Below are positions 58,036 through 64,000 of a stretch of DNA of 64,000 nt, piece after piece (positions within the stretch are counted from its first letter, which is position 1; the number at the start of each line of letters is the position of its first letter). The position numbers and the translations under genes were made by a program. Under the pieces are notes generated by a model, which searched no databases, was not told the DNA's origin, and saw nothing but the letters and a program-made list of their open reading frames with translations. Origin of the DNA: Marsupella aquatica (Eukaryota; Plantae; Marchantiophyta). Location: contig OZ316895.1 of NCBI GenBank assembly GCA_973895155.1, positions 18,423,880 through 18,487,879 on the forward strand. The letters are read 5' to 3'.

Positions 58036-60769
58036 CTCCAATCCTGAGACCAATCCTGGTTCCACCCATGTACGGAGGAGTTTGGTTAGCTGAGCTTGAT
58101 GCGAGCCTGGACCCGAGCCTGCAAAACCAGGTTGAAGTCATCAGGAAGGAGCACTACCGGAAGTACACCATTGGGATGGACAAATCTTTTAACCTGGGCC
58201 ACGCTCTGACAGGGGAGGCTGAAAAATCCATCCAAGCTTTGCTCAAGGAATATGAAGATGTGTTTGCATGGAGTCATCATGATTTAACAGGCGTCTCCCC
58301 CGAGTTGGGAGAACACACGATCGATCTGAACCTAGGAGCCCATGCGGTACGGCAGCGACAACGTCGCATGAACCCGAGGTACTCCATCTTAGTGAAGGAG
58401 GAAATTGATCATCTCCTCGCCGCCGATATCATCTACCCGGTAATGGCCAGCGACTGGGTCTCTCCCATTGTTATTGTACCAAAGAAGGGAGGTACGGATG
58501 GAAAATCTAAGATTCGTATTTGTCAAGACTACCGTAAGCTGAACGACGCAACCCGAAAAGACCATTACCCATTACCATTCACGGATATGGTTCTAGATAT
58601 GGTAGCCCAAAATGAAATCTATACATTTCTTGACGGGTATTCAGGTTATAACCAAATCTGGATTCGCCTCGTGGATCAGCTCAAAACAACTTTCACTACG
58701 GAGTGGGGGACTTTCGCATTTTGGAGGATGCCTTTCGGTCTGTGTAACGCCCCGGCCATGTTTCAGCGCCTTATGATGAATATCTTCCACGATTTCCTAC
58801 GGGAATTTCTGGAGAGATTTATCGATGACTTTGCCATCTTCAAAACCGTTGCCATGCACCCCGAACACCTAAGACGAACGTTGCAACGATGCCGAGATGT
58901 TAACCTCAAACTACATCCCGCCAAATGCTTCTTCGGGGTAGAGGAGGGGGTGTTACTCGGGCATCATGTGTCCAAACGGGGCATTGAGGTGGACCAAGAG
59001 AAAGTTGCGCCCTGGATGGCAGTGGTGTTCCCCGTGGATCAAAAAGCAGTATGATCCTTCTTGGGCTGCGTAGGGTATTACCGTCGGTTCATTAAAGATT
59101 TTGCTAAAATAGCTTTGCCCCTAACAGAGATGATGAAAAAGGACACGGTGATCGAGGAGACCCCAAGGAGACGGGTTGCTTTCGAAGAACTCCGTAAAAG
59201 ACTCACCACCGCACCTATCATGGTCACTCCAGACTGGAACAAGGAGTTCCACGTGTATGTCGACGTGTCAGGGTTCTGTATCGGGTCTGTGCTTAGTCAG
59301 CTTGATACGGACGGACGCGATCACCCCATCTACTTTGCTAGCCGTCAATTATTCACAGCCAAAAAAAATTATTCCCCCACGGATCGAGAGGCACTGGGCA
59401 TAATCTACTCATGTAAGAAGTTCCGACACTATCTGCTCGGCTACAAGGTCATCTTCCACACGGATCACGACAGCCTGAAGTACATGGTCAACAAAGCAGA
59501 CGTAACGGGACGGATAGCCCGTTGGGTGCTACTTCTCTAGGAATTTAACTACGAAGTTTGGGTTCGGCCAGGAAAGGCACACCTCAATGCCGACTTCTTC
59601 TCACGGCTGGATGACGTACCAATCGATCAACCAATTGATGATATTTTTCCGGATGAGGAGTTGTTCCACGTAGGGGAGGGGACACCAACGTGGTACGGCT
59701 CAATAATCACCTTCCTTTTAACGGGCCGCATCCCTGACGGCATCAATCAGGAGGCCACCGTTGTGTTTTTACGGAAAGTCGGGCCTTACGTCATGATACA
59801 GGGTCATCTACATAAGGAAGGTATTAATGGAAAGTTACGACGCTGCTTAGAGTATAAGGAGATGCTTATCGTGATGCGGGCCCTACATGAAGAAGAAGCT
59901 GGAGGCCATTTCGCGGCGGTCACGACAGCCCGAAAGATTCTGGACTCGGGGTATTGGTGGCCTACGTTGCATCGGGATGTACAGCGCTTCATTAAGGGCT
60001 GTGACTTGTGTCAGCGAGCTGGGGCCCCGAGGCGGGCTCATCATCACCCGCTCACATCTGTGCTTCCATTGGCACCATTTGAAAAATGGGGAATTGATTA
60101 TATCGGGCCGTTTACTCCCGTTACCCGAAGGCGAAGATGCAGGTACATCCTACTAGCTATTGATTACTCCACCAAGTGGGTCGAAGCGCGGGCTACGATA
60201 AAGGACGACGCCGCAACCAGTGCCAGATTCTTATACGAACAGATTTTCACCCGATTCGGCCCGCCCTTAGAATTGGTAAGCGACCGTGGAACCCACTTCC
60301 TCAATGACACCGTAGCCCAGCTTACGGAGCGTTACCTAGTCAAGCACCGCAAGACTACCCCGTATCATCCTAAAGCCAACGGGATGGCGGAGAGAGCAAA
60401 TGGTATCATTGGGAAGATCCTCAACAAAACTGTAGCTGCGCACAAAACGGATTGGGATGATAAGTTGTACGCAGCGGTGTACTCGTATAATCTAGCTTAC
60501 AAAACTTCTACGAGTCACAGCCCGTACTTTCTTGTGTTCGGCCAACATTCGTTGGTGCCCGTCAAGTTTGAAGTACACACTCCACGGGTCAGCATTCGGG
60601 ATCGCTTACCTGAATCTGAAAGTTTGTCAGACCGAGCTTATCAGATTGAAGCCTTGGAAGAAGCACGGCTACTAGCAGCTCGACACGCCGTGAAGAAACA
60701 GGCAACTTCGAAGAAGCAGCACGACAAAGGACTACGAAGGGTCGACGTCGTGGCAGGCGATCTAGTCCT
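58023..60769 (+). pseudogene. pol of element C (RT, RNase H, integrase) with premature stops
   Basis: RICQDYRKLN, FIDDF, FHVYVDVS, KWGIDYIGP, VSDRG, NGMAE; cut at GDLVL by an LTR insertion. Confidence 0.88.
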
Positions 60770-63700
60770 TGTGGTGCGTCCCATGGCTCCCTAAACCCAA
60801 GAAACCCCCCAGCTCAAGCCGATTCCCGCAGGTTTCGTGCTTGGCGAGGCCGTTTCCGCGGCTTAGCGGCATGGGACGCTGCTAACCTTCTACTACTACT
60901 ATTAACATTTTACACACATATACTGGACAGATCCTTCATCGGGTCATGAGATACGTAGCCGGCCTAATATAGGCCTTCCCCTGTCTTCCCCTGTCTTCCC
61001 CTCCGTCTTGTTAGGTATGTTTGGATTCCGCCGCCGGAATGATCCCCAATAGGCTTGGTTAAGCCGCTAAGACCTCTCTTAGCTCGACACATCCAACTCT
61101 CACTCCCCTGCTTACTTTCCTTCCTTCTGTTGATGTGGGCACTCTTCACACAAGTTAATGCGACACACAAATAGCAAAATGACTCATTCTGACTGAGTCA
61201 TACCATGCACTTGCCATACAAACAGTACATCTCATACACAAGTTCTGTGAACTAAGCCGTGAGGCCAACTCTATTCAGCTCTTAGGCATGAGGAAACATG
61301 AATATACACAAGGGTCACTGTATGACTAACCGAGAGCTTCTCGTACTACTTGATCCCAGCCCGGCTGGTGCAAACTAAAAACTTGCTAAAGAAGAGGCCC
61401 TGAGCTTCCCGCTGCCCAGGTACTTATCCTGGTAGTGGATCCGCCATTCTTTGCATCGTAAGCCTAATCTACTTAACAGTAATCTACTTGCCCGAATCTA
61501 CCTATGTACAGCAAGGCAGGAGCACAAGTGTTGCTCCTACCAGTGGGACCGCAATCCCACTAAGCTAAGTGTCAGGGCCGCTCCTGGTTCTGATCCTAAT
61601 CCTAAACGTGGAGATCCGCGCCCGCCCTGCCCACTCACGCCTCCTCCCTCCACGTCCGCCCTCCCTAAAAGGAACGGCGCCCTTGCACCGTCACGACACC
61701 GGTGGTGGATCCTTAATGGACGCCCCCAACGCTTCCTCCTCAGCCACTGCCGTAGGTTCATTCTCTGATAGATTACCTGCCCTTGACTGAGTCAACTCTC
61801 CATCGGCCTGACTGGGTCCACCTTCGGCTTCAGCCTCGACACCGGCCTCGGCAATACCCACGGCTTCGGCCTCAGCCACTCCCACGGCTTCGGCCTCCCC
61901 TTCCCCTAGGGTAGTTGGATCCTTAGCCGTGACCCTGTCTGGGGTCGGTGCTGGGTCTACCTCCTTGATCACCACGGCCTGTGAAGTCGTATTACTCCTT
62001 GACCCTGAAGGTTTCCGCTTCTTCTTCGTTGGTGGCTCGGCAACTGGTCCCTTCCCCTTCCCACTTACTTCCGGCACTGGTGCAGTTGGCGCGGCTTGTC
62101 CTTCGGCAATTACCACCCCTGGTAACTGGTTTGTCCCAACGGGAGATGGACCTGCTGCAGCTAAGCATTTAAATACTGCGGCTTGTTTCTTCAGCCGCTC
62201 TGTTTGGTTGTCGGCCCGCCGCTGTAGGTTCTCCATCTTCCTCGTGATTTCCTCCAACTCCTCTTGGGTTTCATCCAGGTCCTTACGTGCCCCCTCCAGC
62301 TCGTTTTTGGCCTCCTCCTGCTCCCTGTGGGCTTCCTCCAATTCCTTCTTCAAGGTAGCCCTCTCCTCCTGGGTTGCTCTTAGCTCCTTGTCGAGTTCTG
62401 CAATGATGACAGACTCCATCTGGTTCATCTTGGCGTAAGTCTGTTCGAGCATCTCGTCCTTCTCCCTTAGGTCGGCCTTGAAGCTGGCCGTCAGGGACGC
62501 AAGCTCCTGCTGCAGCGCCATAATCCCTTGATAGGATTTCCCTAACTCGACCTCCTTCTGCTCAAGGGCTCCGCGGATTTTCTCGAGCTCCCCTTTCAAC
62601 GCCCATTCCTTTCTTTGGGTCTCCGCCATGGCCCGGCTGTTGGCTGTTATGTGGGCCTCCTCTGTATTCTTCAGCTCTTGCTTCCACTTCTCCCTCTCTT
62701 TGATCGTGTCGGCCAACTCTCCCTGCGTCTGAGTTAGTTTATCCTTGATATTCTGATTATCAGCCTGCGCGGTGTCCAACTGCCCCTGCATGATGTTCAG
62801 CTCATGTCGTTTAATCCGCAGTTCATCTTGGGCTTTCTTGGCCGCCCTTAGATCTTCAATCTCGGCTTCCATCCTCCTAAGCCGCCGAATGACCTCGTCC
62901 TTCTTGCTTCTCTCTAAAGCCACCGCTTCTTCTAATTGGTGCTTCTCCAACTGCTCCCTATGGAAAAAGGGTCCTACCTCCAACTCCTCTCCAAAGATGC
63001 CGAGCGCAAGTTCCCCACACATCTCACCATACTCCATGGCTCTATTCTTAGCGTAGGTGGAGTAAGTAGAAGTGATCGGCATCGCCCATCGTGGCCTCTG
63101 CTCCCAAGCCGTCCTGCGGATCTCTTCAATCGTGGCTAGAGGTTTGCTTCCTTTTTCGGCTAGCCGCCTGATGTCCTCCGGCCAATCTCCTCCTGGTAAA
63201 TCCTTTTCCTTAGCCAGGGCGGCCTCTTCCTCCTGCTTGATTCGCTCCTGAAATTCCTGCACCGTCTGTTTTATGCTGTCGAAGCTCGGGGGAGCAACAT
63301 CTGGTGGGGGAGACTCAGGGCTACTCTGCTGGTTGGGGTCCCCTCGCACTACCCTTGGAAGTGTGGGGACAAACCGGCCACAGGTCCTTACTCCTGGAAC
63401 GTGATGGTCCGACCCATAGCCGGAATTATCATGGCTGCAGTCCTCCACTGCCTCCTCTACCTCTTGGACGTCCGGCTTCTCCCTCTCCTCTTCGTCGGTA
63501 GGAGCTTCAGGCAATTCTGCCTCAGATTCAGAGCTTGAGGTTCCCACGTACATTCGAACACCTAGCTTGGATTCCGGCCTGATTCTCTCCTTGTCTCCAG
63601 CAAAGGGGTTTTCTCTTGTGAGCCGGTGTAGGCCTACCTCTGTAGTAGTGTCCTGCATTGTTGCCGTTGCCGTTGTTGTTGCCGATGCCGATTTCTTTTC

Positions 63701-64000
63701 TTTCTCCAGTAGTTTCAGCAGACTCTGCATGCCTGGTTGCTGCATCGGCAAGTCTTCCTTCCTGGGCCTAAACACCTGCTCGATCGTAGGACTAACAGGT
63801 GGTTGAGGCTTCTCAGCCAACGGCCTCGGCGTTGGAGCTTCCTCGGGTGCCCTTACCTGCAGGGGAAGTACCGGGGCAAAAGTCTGACCTCTGGCATACC
63901 GGCACAACAGCGGCATGTGATAGCCAAGCTGCGACACGCTCCCCATGCCGATTACCTGCTGCTCCTCCTTTAAGATCTTCTTCAATTGGTTGAGGAGGTA
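60770..64000 (-). mobile_element. Family-A LTR (copy A'), runs off the window
   Basis: Starts TGTGGTGCGTCCCATGG and is highly similar to 24955 onward. Confidence 0.92.
61691..64000 (-). CDS. LTR-encoded accessory protein, uninterrupted copy (N-terminus outside the window)
   Basis: At least 764 open codons; lacks the stops and frameshift found in the two tandem LTRs; long EK-rich heptad region. Confidence 0.85.
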   Translation of the reverse strand, partial: YLLNQLKKILKEEQQVIGMGSVSQLGYHMPLLCRYARGQTFAPVLPLQVRAPEEAPTPRPLAEKPQPPVSPTIEQVFRPRKEDLPMQQPGMQSLLKLLEKEKKSASATTTATATMQDTTTEVGLHRLTRENPFAGDKERIRPESKLGVRMYVGTSSSESEAELPEAPTDEEEREKPDVQEVEEAVEDCSHDNSGYGSDHHVPGVRTCGRFVPTLPRVVRGDPNQQSSPESPPPDVAPPSFDSIKQTVQEFQERIKQEEEAALAKEKDLPGGDWPEDIRRLAEKGSKPLATIEEIRRTAWEQRPRWAMPITSTYSTYAKNRAMEYGEMCGELALGIFGEELEVGPFFHREQLEKHQLEEAVALERSKKDEVIRRLRRMEAEIEDLRAAKKAQDELRIKRHELNIMQGQLDTAQADNQNIKDKLTQTQGELADTIKEREKWKQELKNTEEAHITANSRAMAETQRKEWALKGELEKIRGALEQKEVELGKSYQGIMALQQELASLTASFKADLREKDEMLEQTYAKMNQMESVIIAELDKELRATQEERATLKKELEEAHREQEEAKNELEGARKDLDETQEELEEITRKMENLQRRADNQTERLKKQAAVFKCLAAAGPSPVGTNQLPGVVIAEGQAAPTAPVPEVSGKGKGPVAEPPTKKKRKPSGSRSNTTSQAVVIKEVDPAPTPDRVTAKDPTTLGEGEAEAVGVAEAEAVGIAEAGVEAEAEGGPSQADGELTQSRAGNLSENEPTAVAEEEALGASIKDPPPVS

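Larger units (their letters stand above)
51544..60769 (+). mobile_element. Ty3/gypsy element C (relative of family A), 3' part displaced by a family-A insertion
   Basis: LTR start TGTGACG, PBS, gag, protease, RT, RNase H and integrase in order; proteins clearly similar to family A. Confidence 0.88.

Overview
Eukaryotic, intron-containing land-plant DNA; a bryophyte/liverwort-like origin is inferred from the transposon families, not proven. The first ~9 kb is host sequence: the 3' part of a BAC2-like mitochondrial carrier gene and an intronless, bacterial-looking SdpI-family membrane protein gene. From ~9.2 kb to the end is one nested transposon stack that can be rebuilt from target-site duplications (TSDs). 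A decayed L1 LINE was hit by a Ty3/gypsy family-A LTR (E). E carries a 343-bp solo LTR (TSD TATCT) and a family-A solo LTR (D, TSD CCTCC). D was split by gypsy element B (TSD GTTAC), and B carries a young tandem LTR-internal-LTR-internal array of family A. Further right is a Mutator-like DNA transposon with a divergent ParB/Srx-like gene and eight copies of a 15-bp palindrome. That gene is interrupted by gypsy element C, which is interrupted by another family-A LTR. Two systems stand out. (1) Giant LTRs (about 4.7 kb and 3.35 kb) in two related gypsy families each contain a homologous protein-coding gene (PMD/Athila-ORF1-like domain plus coiled coil), so even solo LTRs carry the gene. (2) A MULE couples a ParB-like protein with dispersed parS-like palindromes. 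All domain calls are by eye from motifs; no database search was run.
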